A stretch of 64,000 nt of DNA from Cyanobacteria bacterium auto_48_18 (GTDB taxonomy: Bacteria; Cyanobacteriota; Vampirovibrionia; Obscuribacterales; Obscuribacteraceae). The notes below the pieces were generated by a model, which had not been told where the DNA came from, ran no database searches, and worked only from the letters and a program-made list of their open reading frames with translations. This document shows positions 30,623 through 39,397 of this stretch, piece by piece. How positions within the stretch are numbered: position 1 is the first letter of the stretch; each line of letters starts with the position of its first letter. A program made the translations under genes and the position numbers. The stretch lies in the NCBI GenBank assembly GCA_036170915.1, contig JAVHQC010000033.1, positions 265,889 to 329,888 on the forward strand, given 5' to 3'.

Positions 30623-31729
30623 TCAATGCTTCAGTATAGTCTCTTGATTGCCATGTTTGGCATTAGCGGAGTTAACTGATTTTTTAAAAGAGGCTTTGGC
30701 TGGCGTTTTGGGCAAAATTGTTTTGAAGTTTTGCACGGCCATTGAGGCTAGAAACATGCTGGCCCAGCCTAAGAGAAAGGTTAAAACAAGCATTATATTT
30801 TGTCGAATTTTTTTGCGGTCTCGCGCCAGCAGGCGATGCTCTATGGCCACTCCCTTGGTCAGCTTTTTCAGATCTGTGGCTAATTGCTGCATGGTCTGAT
30901 AGCGATCTAACGGCTTTTTCTCCAGCGCTTTCATGATTATTGATTTCATCGCCGGCGCAACTTTGAAGCTGGCATCGATTTCTGGTGGTGGTTTATGTAC
31001 GTGTTGATAGAGGATGTCCATAACTGTTGGTGCGGCAAAAGGCGGCTTGCCGGTTAAAGCAAAGTACATGACGCAACCAAGCGAATAAATGTCTGAGCGA
31101 CAGTCTACGACTTCGGTAAGGGCTTGTTCTGGGCTCATATAAATTGGAGTACCCAACAGCGCGCCGTTGCGGGTTAAACCGTCTCCGGAGGGAGTGGCAC
31201 CAGGGGCGGTGATCACTTTGGCAATGCCGAAATCTACTATGTGTACAATTGTGCCACCATCTGAGCCATTGCGACTGAGCATGATATTGTCTGGCTTAAG
31301 GTCGCGGTGAATGACGTTGCAGTCGTGGGCGTGACTCAATGCGGCGCTCACTTGCTGAAATATTGAGATTGCCTCAGCGGCTGGGAGCGGGCCATCTCTA
31401 TTTACTTTTTGTTCCAGACTGATGCCTTCTAGAAATTCCATAACCAGATAAAGTGTATGGTTCTCACTGACGCCAAAATCAAAAGTCTGACAAATATTGG
31501 GATGCTTAAGCAGGCTTGCTGCCTTGGCTTCGACAATGAAGCGTTTACGCAACTGTTCGTCATGAGCACCTTCTGGGCGCATAACCTTGATGGCGCAAAG
31601 TTGTTTGGTAAAGCGATTTTCTACTTTGTAAATCGCACCCATTCCACCTGATCTGATTTTTCCTAAGACCGTGTATTGCTTAGGAAGCTCGTTATGCAGC
31701 GGATCAGGCTCTGTTATTTCAACTGCCAT
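30623..31729 (-). CDS. Hanks-type Ser/Thr protein kinase with a C-terminal TM helix
   Basis: 'SGGMGAIY', 'AIKVM', 'HRDLKPDN', 'DFGIAK', 'GTPIYMSPEQ', 'DIYSLG'. Confidence 0.95.
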   Translation of the reverse strand: MAVEITEPDPLHNELPKQYTVLGKIRSGGMGAIYKVENRFTKQLCAIKVMRPEGAHDEQLRKRFIVEAKAASLLKHPNICQTFDFGVSENHTLYLVMEFLEGISLEQKVNRDGPLPAAEAISIFQQVSAALSHAHDCNVIHRDLKPDNIMLSRNGSDGGTIVHIVDFGIAKVITAPGATPSGDGLTRNGALLGTPIYMSPEQALTEVVDCRSDIYSLGCVMYFALTGKPPFAAPTVMDILYQHVHKPPPEIDASFKVAPAMKSIIMKALEKKPLDRYQTMQQLATDLKKLTKGVAIEHRLLARDRKKIRQNIMLVLTFLLGWASMFLASMAVQNFKTILPKTPAKASFKKSVNSANAKHGNQETILKH

Positions 31730-31732
31730 CGA

Positions 31733-32551
31733 TTATTTTATTTCCACAGAAGCTTTAGTGGCGCCTGCGGGAGAATCTGATTTTAGTGCGTCTGTAGTTG
31801 GTTTTATTTCTGTGTTGTTGGCAGCAGAAGCAGTCGATTCTGCGGTTTCATACTTTGCCAACTTACTGTCCACAGCGTCGGCCTCAGCATTCTTTTTCAA
31901 TTTGCGTAAAACTTTTGTGTAGGTCTTGAGCGTAGAGCGTTTTTGTTCATTGGCAAAGGCTTTGTTTTCTTCTACTAAAGTAGCTGACTGCTGTAAATAA
32001 GGCTCTGCACTGGAGTAATCGTCTTTCTTTAAGAAAAGATTGGAGAGATCCATTTTTGTTTTCAGTGTGTTGCGCGGATCGGCATTTTTTGCAGCTTGTG
32101 TAAATGCCACCACGGTCTTCTGAAAGCCAATGGCATCATCAATTTTATTTTGCGCTACTTTTATATTAACCATGTGTTTAAGTGCAGGAATGCCATTGGC
32201 GCTGCCGGGGCCGTCGCGACGATTGACCACCTGTAAGACATAGGTGAAACATTTTTCGGCAGAGTCCCAATCTTTTTTTGCTTCGTACTTTATGCCCATG
32301 GCCAAGTATTGTTCAATTGCCTTATTCTGTTGCACAAGAGCCTGTTGAGCCTGCACTGCGGTCTCATAGGTGTTTCGCACTGCTGCGCCGTTATTGTGAC
32401 TGGCGGCAAGACCAGCTCCCAGGCCGGCTGCACCGGCCTGAACACCACCGTATTCCATAAAAGCTTGACCCTGAGCAGGCCGAGCAATCATATACGCTGC
32501 CACCATAGACAGAACAAGAGTGAAAGAGAATGTAGTAAGGTTTTTGGTCAT
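31733..32551 (-). CDS. Secreted TPR-like protein
   Basis: Signal peptide from ATG 32551 (MTKNLTTF...AQG); TPR-like helices 'KKDWDSAEKCF', 'KKDDYSSAEPYLQQS'. Confidence 0.75.
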   Translation of the reverse strand: MTKNLTTFSFTLVLSMVAAYMIARPAQGQAFMEYGGVQAGAAGLGAGLAASHNNGAAVRNTYETAVQAQQALVQQNKAIEQYLAMGIKYEAKKDWDSAEKCFTYVLQVVNRRDGPGSANGIPALKHMVNIKVAQNKIDDAIGFQKTVVAFTQAAKNADPRNTLKTKMDLSNLFLKKDDYSSAEPYLQQSATLVEENKAFANEQKRSTLKTYTKVLRKLKKNAEADAVDSKLAKYETAESTASAANNTEIKPTTDALKSDSPAGATKASVEIK

Positions 32552-32732
32552 TGAAGCAGCACCCGAAATTAAGGGATCACACACCTTATTCCACGCCAGC
32601 TCAACAGGTAACAGAGCGATTCTGCACCTGCTTGTCTGATTAACCGTAAACGCCCTCACTTCAAGGGTTTTCGGTCATCTGTGGATAAGAGAATTGTATG
32701 CTTTTATGAACGAGAGGCAATCAATGCCTTAA

Positions 32733-33449
32733 TTAAGGTGGAATCAAATTGTCTTTGCCGGCCTTGTGCAAAAATTCGGCAAATTCTTTTTTGTAATCAA
32801 AACGATTGTCTTTATCAGTGGGTTGAAATTCTGCCACCAGATATTCAGTGTAATATTTGGGGTCTGTACTAAGAACAGTAAGCGTACCGTTTTTATCGAA
32901 GTTTCGAGTTTCGCTAATTACGCCTTCAACCGTATTGTTTGGACCTGGTGTAAGTGTGTGAATTTCTTCCCATTGCATTACATCAACAATGACATCGCCT
33001 GCCTTTTTTGCTGCCACCATGGTACCGCCAAGCCGCAAAATTACTTTGCTTCTCGTCAGAAGCAGCGGTTCGCATTTCGTCAAGATGGTGTGTGAAACCA
33101 GGTCACCCCTGTCGATGTCATAAAATATGGGCTCGCGACTGGCTTCCCAGATGTGGCCGTCGGCATCAAACTGCCTTCCCCGTTCTCGGCTCCGAACATT
33201 TTTGACTACGCCAGCATTACTTCTTATTTCACTACGTTGTCGTGTGCCTGCCAACCAGACCGGAATTCGGTACCAGTTGGTGATGCGATTGGCAATTTTT
33301 GACCGATCGTAAACGGCACCCGGGCGCAGTGAAGGTGCGACAGCTTCAATTTGTGTCACTCCTCCTTGCAGTGTGTCGGCCCAGGCTGAAGCACTTGAGC
33401 TGAGCATGACCACAAGCGTGAATAAAAACGCCGGGGCACGATTGAGCAT
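32733..33449 (-). CDS. Secreted hypothetical protein, 'WYxIPxW' family copy 3
   Basis: AWA-DTLQGG, 'WYRIPVWLAG', 'RGRQFDADGHIW', 'FDYKKEFAEFLHKAGKDNLIP'; 18 bp downstream of qNor. Confidence 0.82.
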   Translation of the reverse strand: MLNRAPAFLFTLVVMLSSSASAWADTLQGGVTQIEAVAPSLRPGAVYDRSKIANRITNWYRIPVWLAGTRQRSEIRSNAGVVKNVRSRERGRQFDADGHIWEASREPIFYDIDRGDLVSHTILTKCEPLLLTRSKVILRLGGTMVAAKKAGDVIVDVMQWEEIHTLTPGPNNTVEGVISETRNFDKNGTLTVLSTDPKYYTEYLVAEFQPTDKDNRFDYKKEFAEFLHKAGKDNLIPP

Positions 33450-33467
33450 TTGAACAACTGCTATCAG

Positions 33468-35723
33468 TTAGTTATCGCCTTGGACAGGGCTACTTGATAC
33501 TAATTTAACAGCTGGCCGCCTGTAAAACATGCCTCTAACCACAAGAATTACGAGCGGTAATACTCCGGCCATAACAAAAGTAATATCGCCTGCCACCCGC
33601 AGCCAGGTAAGTAGTTGAAAAATTTCTGAATGGATAAAATCGTAACTGCGAGCATACCAGAACCCGTGTTCGTAGCTGGCAATCATCTGCATCACACCCG
33701 CAGGGAAAATGTTGAGCACAATCATCAACATCAGGCCGACATTTAAACCCCAGAAAGATATTCCAGCTAGCCTGTTGCTCCAGGCATTGTCAGTCATCAA
33801 ATAGCGTGTGCTGAATAAAATCGCCGCCACGGCGAGCATGCCGTAAACTCCCATGAGGGCTGCGTGACCGTGGTTAGAAGTTAAGTATGTAGCGTGCTCG
33901 TAATAGCTGACGATAGGCGTGTTAATTAAGAAACCAAATATTCCAGCACCAAGGAAATTCCAGAAACCGACGGCAATTAAAAACATCATGGCCCAATAAT
34001 GCGAGAAGTTTTTAATTGATCCATCTACCTTGGCCAGCTCGACAAATTTCCAAGCTTCCATTGTTAGCAGTGTCAGTGGCACTACTTCTAAGGCTGAGAC
34101 CATAGATCCGAGTGCCATATTTATAGCCGGCTGCGCTGTCCAGTAATAGTGGTGCCCAATGCCGACAATACCGCTGCCCAGATACAAGATAATGTCTATG
34201 TAAATAACCGATAGGGCTGATTTTTCGGAAACCATACCAAGGCTGCAAAAGAAGTAAGCCACAATAATGGTTGTATACAATTCAAAGATGCCTTCCACCC
34301 AGAGATGCACCACCCACCATCTCCAGAAATCGGCTACGGCAAAATTGGTACCAGGATGATACATCATGCCGAAACTGAAAAATAAAGGAATGGCCATCAC
34401 ACCGTAAAGCAGCATATAGGGCAGGCTGCCATGGTCTTTGCCTTTGAGAAGTGGGCTGATGCTGCGAAAAACGATGAAAGCCCAAAGCACCATACCTAGT
34501 GTCAGCAGTGCCTGCCAGAAACGACCCAGTTCAAGATATTCCCAACCTTGATGCCCGAACCAGAACCAGAGGTTGCCCAGCATGTTTTTAACACCGAGCC
34601 ACTCTCCGCCAATGCTTCCAACCGCCACAATTAAGATGGCAACAAATAAAATTTTGACTAGCCAGTGCTGTCCTTTCGGTTCGTTCTTCGAAAGCATCGG
34701 AGCCATAAACATTCCGGCAGCAAGCCAGGCCGTAGCAATCCAGAAGATTGAAAGCTGTATATGCCAGCTGCGCGTGACGCTATAAGGCAAAATGCTGCGA
34801 ATATCGAAACCATAAAAACCTTGTTCAACAATATAGTGCGCCGTCACTATGCCGAAGATTGTCTGAAATAGAAAAAGCAATACTACTACTGTGAAGTACG
34901 GGTAGAGTGATGTCTGCGACCGCAACGGTTGATAACTTTTGACATTGTCCACCATGCCTTTGCCATCAGGCATCCAGCCTAATCCAGGAAATGCGCTGAG
35001 CAAAAATTGCGTCAAACCAATGCCACCAAGGAGCATTATCAAACTCATGGCGCTCCAGAAAAATATATGCCAATTAGGGCCGTTGCCTACCAGCCGATCT
35101 GGTGGCCAATTATTTGTAAATGTGTAGTCTTTGCCTGGTCTTTCAGTAACGCAAACCCAGGCACCCCAGGCAAAGAAACGACTCAGTTGCAAGCGTTCAG
35201 TGGCATCGGCAATATAATTGGCCGGCAGTGGCAATTTTCGCCCGACACCAAATTCGGTATCATAGTAAGGAATTAGTTGGCTATAAGCGAACGACTGATT
35301 TTCTGTCAAAGTCAAAGTTTTGGTGGCCGGGTCAAAGCGGTTGACTTTGAGCTCTTTCTGCAAAGTACTGTCTAAATTGCCTTTATCACCGGTTTCCAGA
35401 GCGGAGTACGCTTTGTGATATTTTTTTTGAGCCATATTCTCGAGAGCAAGCTCGCCTGATTTATGCAGATATTCTGCCGAAAAATCAGGCCCGTTATAAG
35501 CGCCGTGACCGAAAAACGACCCCACATCCATGAGGCCATATTTTTGAAAAACAGCCTGGCCGGCCATGATGTCGCTGCCTTTGAAAAGCAGGTCTCCGCT
35601 GCTATTAACAATACGGTCTGGGATCGGAGGTGCTTGGTCACTGACCTCGTGTCCCATAAATATGAGGGTGGAAAAACCCGCGATCAATACAAAAAGTACT
35701 GCTAGCTTCCATCTCCAGGACAT
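33468..35723 (-). CDS. norB: Quinol-dependent nitric oxide reductase (qNor, NorZ/long NorB)
   Basis: 751 aa, 'GHGAYNGPDFSAEYLH', 'QGWEYLELGRFWQ', 'WWVVHLWVEGIFE', 'GIGHHYYW', 'SALEVVPL', 'NHGHAALMGVYG'. Confidence 0.95.
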   Translation of the reverse strand: MSWRWKLAVLFVLIAGFSTLIFMGHEVSDQAPPIPDRIVNSSGDLLFKGSDIMAGQAVFQKYGLMDVGSFFGHGAYNGPDFSAEYLHKSGELALENMAQKKYHKAYSALETGDKGNLDSTLQKELKVNRFDPATKTLTLTENQSFAYSQLIPYYDTEFGVGRKLPLPANYIADATERLQLSRFFAWGAWVCVTERPGKDYTFTNNWPPDRLVGNGPNWHIFFWSAMSLIMLLGGIGLTQFLLSAFPGLGWMPDGKGMVDNVKSYQPLRSQTSLYPYFTVVVLLFLFQTIFGIVTAHYIVEQGFYGFDIRSILPYSVTRSWHIQLSIFWIATAWLAAGMFMAPMLSKNEPKGQHWLVKILFVAILIVAVGSIGGEWLGVKNMLGNLWFWFGHQGWEYLELGRFWQALLTLGMVLWAFIVFRSISPLLKGKDHGSLPYMLLYGVMAIPLFFSFGMMYHPGTNFAVADFWRWWVVHLWVEGIFELYTTIIVAYFFCSLGMVSEKSALSVIYIDIILYLGSGIVGIGHHYYWTAQPAINMALGSMVSALEVVPLTLLTMEAWKFVELAKVDGSIKNFSHYWAMMFLIAVGFWNFLGAGIFGFLINTPIVSYYEHATYLTSNHGHAALMGVYGMLAVAAILFSTRYLMTDNAWSNRLAGISFWGLNVGLMLMIVLNIFPAGVMQMIASYEHGFWYARSYDFIHSEIFQLLTWLRVAGDITFVMAGVLPLVILVVRGMFYRRPAVKLVSSSPVQGDN

Positions 35724-35826
35724 AAGCCCTCCAGTGAACGTTAAGCGCTATTTGGCCCAGCCATGCTAGCAGGTAGCATCTCAGAGATGGGGCTCATATG
35801 TGTGGTTCTGAACAGATATGCTTTCT

Positions 35827-36555
35827 TTAGACCATTTGCAATTCTTTTGCTCTGGCCTTGGGAAAAAGTAGAGTATTTTCTTTATGAATGTGCGTGCGCA
35901 GATCTTGGTCAAGATGAGCTAGCCCGGCTGCAAGAGCTTGCCAGCTTTGGCAGGCAAAGTCGGGAGTTGTATATTGATCAGTCAATTCACGCATTTGCAT
36001 TAAGGCAAGGCCGGCATCATTGTGCTCTGCTTCTAGCTTGTGAATTGGACTGGCAACGAGACTTGTTTTTGTTTTGCATGCACCGGACAACGGTTGTTTT
36101 TTGCTCTCAAGTTGACGGATGAATGGAAATAGCACCGCTTCTTCATTTTCTGTATGTAGTCGAATCGCTTGACTCATGTCTGCAAAAATCGCTGCTACTT
36201 TCAGCAGCCGCGGCTCTTTCTGCCCGTGTACTCTGGCAACTTTTTCGGCCAGTGCTTCCAGGCGCGGAAGCTCAGCTTTTAAGTAAACATGATGAGTGTT
36301 TTCAATGTGATCGACAAGATCGCTGAGCGATGCGTTGAGCCAGTTTTCGCTGCTATCTGTATCTGAAGCCGTGCGATCAGCGTTTTCAATGTCTGCGATC
36401 ACGAGCTGAATGTCGTGAGCTGTTGCCAGGCAGGCAGCTTCAAGAGTCTGCTTACCCCCGCAACAGAAGTCTATGCCGTACCGGTCGAAAACTGCTGCCC
36501 GCAGTGGTTGCTCGGCAACGAGCATACCAACTGATGCCTGGCTAAAATTGTTCAT
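35827..36555 (-). CDS. ric: Iron-sulfur cluster repair di-iron protein
   Basis: 'GIDFCCGG', 'HHVYLKAELPRL', 'HTENEEAVLFP', 'EAEH', 'HIHKENTLLFP'. Confidence 0.95.
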   Translation of the reverse strand: MNNFSQASVGMLVAEQPLRAAVFDRYGIDFCCGGKQTLEAACLATAHDIQLVIADIENADRTASDTDSSENWLNASLSDLVDHIENTHHVYLKAELPRLEALAEKVARVHGQKEPRLLKVAAIFADMSQAIRLHTENEEAVLFPFIRQLESKKQPLSGACKTKTSLVASPIHKLEAEHNDAGLALMQMRELTDQYTTPDFACQSWQALAAGLAHLDQDLRTHIHKENTLLFPKARAKELQMV

Positions 36556-36575
36556 GATTCTCCTTGCCGTCTGAC

Positions 36576-36776
36576 TTAGGTTTTGCTGACTAGATTGGTT
36601 GCTTCAGGCAGGCTGACGCAAGAGCAGCTTTGAAAATATTCTTTGGCTGCAGAGCAGTCGGGGCACTGCCAGTCTTCGGCGATATCTTCAAATTTGGTTC
36701 CAGCCTCAATGCCGGAAGCTGCGAGTCCTTTTTCTTCTTCAAGGATGTAATTGCACTGTGTGCATATAAATTTCAT
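36576..36776 (-). CDS. Rubredoxin with a C-terminal CxC extension
   Basis: 'CTQCNY...GIEAGTKFEDIAEDWQCPDC' followed by 'SCSC'. Confidence 0.88.
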   Translation of the reverse strand: MKFICTQCNYILEEEKGLAASGIEAGTKFEDIAEDWQCPDCSAAKEYFQSCSCVSLPEATNLVSKT

Positions 36777-36815
36777 GGCTAAACCCCTATTTAAGTCAAA
36801 TGTACCGTTTTATCC

Positions 36816-36843
36816 ATAATAGCACTTGGCCAGGCCTTGTCAA
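36816..36843 (-). promoter_or_regulatory. Sigma70-type promoter for the rubredoxin-ric-qNor operon
   Basis: Minus strand TTGACA-N16-TATTAT with a TG extended -10. Confidence 0.65.
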
Positions 36844-36907
36844 TCTCAAGAGTGCCATTCTGTGGTATTTTGTATAAAAAGGTAAAGTTGTACGCTATAG
36901 GATTTGC

Positions 36908-37348
36908 ATGATTTCTCAAACCGCTGAATATGCATTACGGGCAATGGTGTTTCTTGCCATGCAAAAATCGGCGGCAACTGGTCAGGCAATCGCTGAGACC
37001 ACTAAAGTACCGCCCGGCTATTTAAGTAAAATTATGCAGCAGCTGGTTAAGGGAAAATTGGTCAATTCACAACGCGGCATTGGTGGAGGATTTGTTTTAT
37101 CAAAGGATGCACATGAGATTTCAATTTTAGATGTGATCAATTCTGTCGACCCCATTGAGCCAATTAAATCATGCCCCCTTGGTCTTCAATCGCACGGATT
37201 CAACCTCTGTCCTCTACACAAACGTCTTTCTGCAGCTACAGCACAAGTGGAAGAAGCTTTTGCCAATTCAAATTTGAGCGAACTTGTGGAAGAATCAACA
37301 AGCCCACTTTGTGCATCTGTTCCACTGACGGAAGGCGAGGATAAATAA
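36908..37348 (+). CDS. Rrf2 family transcriptional regulator
   Basis: 'SQTAEYALRAM', 'VPPGYLSKIMQQL', 'SQRGIGGGF', 'CPLGLQSHGFNLCPLH'. Confidence 0.93.
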   Translation: MISQTAEYALRAMVFLAMQKSAATGQAIAETTKVPPGYLSKIMQQLVKGKLVNSQRGIGGGFVLSKDAHEISILDVINSVDPIEPIKSCPLGLQSHGFNLCPLHKRLSAATAQVEEAFANSNLSELVEESTSPLCASVPLTEGEDK

Positions 37349-37353
37349 CTGCA

Positions 37354-38043
37354 TTGAAACGCTTGTGTTTGCTGATGGCTTTTTGCATGGCCGCTCCGGC
37401 CGCGCAGGCAGAGCCGTTTCGACTGAGAGCAGAACTGCACGAAGGTTCTAAATACGACGAGCGTAATTTGCCGTCGGACAAAATTGAGAAGTGGTACAAA
37501 ATTCCACCATGGTTTGCCGGCACGAAAATAAGAAAGAAAATCAATATCAAACCGGGTGTTTCGGTTCGCAATGAACGGGAGCGCACGCGCGGTAAACAAC
37601 TCGATGCCAAAGGCAGTATTTGGGAAGCGCAACGACAAGTACGCTATGACATCGACCGTGGCGAAACTGTAGAGCATGTGGTGCTATTGACCGAAGAGCC
37701 CGTTGAAATCAGCAATCAAAGCGTGCTCATGCACTACATCGGTCTGCGCATTATCGAGAAGAAAGACAATCACCGTATTGTAGAAACTCAGCAAAACGAT
37801 GAGAAGCATTTGTTCACGCCTTTGCCTGAAGGGGCCATTAAGGGCGAGAACAAGAGCGGCGATGTTTTTGACGCTGATGGATTTAAGCTCTTCAAAATTC
37901 CACCAGGCACTTCTTACGTCGAGCGTCGAGTCTCTGATTTTGAAGTTGTGGATCAAGACGACAAATACAACTATCGCAGCAGCTTTATTGAATTTTTGAA
38001 AGAGCAGGGTTGGGATAATTTGATTCCCAAGCGGGTAAGGTAG
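37354..38043 (+). CDS. Secreted hypothetical protein, 'WYxIPxW' family copy 4
   Basis: TTG start 5 bp after the Rrf2 stop, signal AQA-E, 'WYKIPPWFAG', 'RGKQLDAKGSIW', 'YNYRSSFIEFLKEQGWDNLIP'. Confidence 0.82.
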   Translation: MKRLCLLMAFCMAAPAAQAEPFRLRAELHEGSKYDERNLPSDKIEKWYKIPPWFAGTKIRKKINIKPGVSVRNERERTRGKQLDAKGSIWEAQRQVRYDIDRGETVEHVVLLTEEPVEISNQSVLMHYIGLRIIEKKDNHRIVETQQNDEKHLFTPLPEGAIKGENKSGDVFDADGFKLFKIPPGTSYVERRVSDFEVVDQDDKYNYRSSFIEFLKEQGWDNLIPKRVR

Positions 38044-38180
38044 TTCGTATATTTCATTGTTCTTGTTTGAGTGGCTGCTCGTGGGTAGCTCAATTCCACT
38101 TTAAACCACCATATTAAACGGCCATTTAAATGAAAACAGAGAATCCCTACTGCCCGTTTTTCCCGCTGGATCCGATAGCG

Positions 38181-38339
38181 CTAACTGCAGTGAATGATGC
38201 GGCAACTCTTTACCCAATTAAGGGCCTGTGTCAGGGACCTAAATTGATGTTCTTCATACCATGATTGATAAGCATAAATTGCGGCAGCAATAAGCCAAGC
38301 TGAACACAAAACCAATGCAATGCTTTTTAGATGGTTCAT
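38181..38339 (-). CDS. 52-aa single-TM small ORF, possibly a gene fragment
   Basis: MNHLKSIALVLCSAWLIAAAIYAYQSWYEE...; AGGT RBS-like sequence upstream; below the ORF-track cutoff. Confidence 0.35.
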   Translation of the reverse strand: MNHLKSIALVLCSAWLIAAAIYAYQSWYEEHQFRSLTQALNWVKSCRIIHCS

Positions 38340-38366
38340 ATTAACTACCTGGTGTCACGTCGGCAT

Positions 38367-38592
38367 CTAATCCCACAAGGCCTTAATCGTGGCTGCCTGA
38401 CGCTTAAGAGCGCGTTCTTTGGCTGCCTGGAAGGCGCTACTGCTGGCCGAAACAGGGTAGATTTTCAAGCCAGCCCACTCCATCGGTAGAGATTTCCAGG
38501 TCGGTATTGTCATCGATCTTTAACAGATCTAAAAGGGCTTTCTCTAGTGAAATAGCCCTCCCGTTGCCGTGTTTGACTATTCGCTTAATCAT
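38367..38592 (-). pseudogene. AbrB/MazE-family antitoxin, frameshifted by a 4-bp duplication
   Basis: GGAGG RBS; MIKRIVKHGNGRAISLEKALLDLLKIDDNTDLEISTDGVG; removing one AGCC of AGCCAGCC (38468-38475) restores LKIYPVSASSSAFQAAKERALKRQAATIKALWD* (73 aa). Confidence 0.8.
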
Positions 38593-39088
38593 TTTAGCTA
38601 CCTCCCGCACCTGAAATCATCTTATCAGCCTTTGATCAGCGCTATCGATACCGCTATTGTCTGGAATATAGCTGAGAAAAAGTGCTCAAAAGAGTTTTAG
38701 AGTATCTGAAAGGAATCACGCGAGAAAGGCGTTGCGGTGCTCTGTTTCTCCAGAGCGAACTCAGTTTTGATTTCGCCTGCGGATATTTCCAACGAAACTC
38801 AGGAGCGAGAATGGTTAAGCTAGCACCGGATGTGGTGCTTCGCCGTTTTGCGTAAGCGAAGCGGGCAGTCCGCTTTTCGTGGTTCATCCCACATGCTATG
38901 TCATAGTTGAGGCTATAACCTAACCATTAAAGGGCTTAGATGCGCTCGTGACCCGAGGCCAGCTTCGTGATCATGAAAACGCTATTGAAAATTTCGCCTA
39001 GACTTAGACGCCAGGGTCGATCGCACCCTGCTAAAAACCCAGCATAGAAAACGATTCAGAAATTTGAGGTAGATTTTACCCCAGAAAA

Positions 39089-39370
39089 TTAAACCCCTGT
39101 TTTGCTGCGGCGCTGCTCGCTGACGTACTTAGTGAGCAGCTGTCTAACAAAGGGTTGATAGCCGAGGCCGGATTCTTTGGCCATGGTTTTCAGTTCTTCG
39201 ACGAGGGTTTTTTGCAGCCTAATAGTAATAGGCTGTAGGCCGAGGGCGTCGTCAATTGCGGCATCGATCACGGCACCGACAGGGCGCGCATGAGCTTCCG
39301 ACTGGCCAAGCGTGCCGTTTTCCCAGAGTTCTGAATCGTCGACTATTTGCCTTTTTAGTAGTTTTTTCAT
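39089..39370 (-). CDS. CopG/RHH (BrnA-like) antitoxin
   Basis: 'WENGTLG...IDDALGLQPITIRLQKTLVEELKTMAKESGLGYQPFVRQLL'. Confidence 0.8.
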   Translation of the reverse strand: MKKLLKRQIVDDSELWENGTLGQSEAHARPVGAVIDAAIDDALGLQPITIRLQKTLVEELKTMAKESGLGYQPFVRQLLTKYVSEQRRSKTGV

Positions 39371-39397
39371 TACTTCCCCGGTGTTATTTTTCTAGAG

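Noticed and set aside
33468..35723. Possible NO dismutase (Nod) rather than qNor
   Set aside because: Canonical qNor ligands are all present (HLWVEGxxE, GHHYYW, ALEVVPL, HGH); I see none of the active-site substitutions expected for Nod.
38044..38366. Doc/Fic toxin downstream of the AbrB pseudogene
   Set aside because: No HPFxDGNKR-like motif in the frames I read; only a 52-aa TM ORF.
38654..38887. 77-aa minus-strand ORF in the islet
   Set aside because: No RBS or family signature, and it overlaps hairpin-rich sequence; not supportable as a gene.
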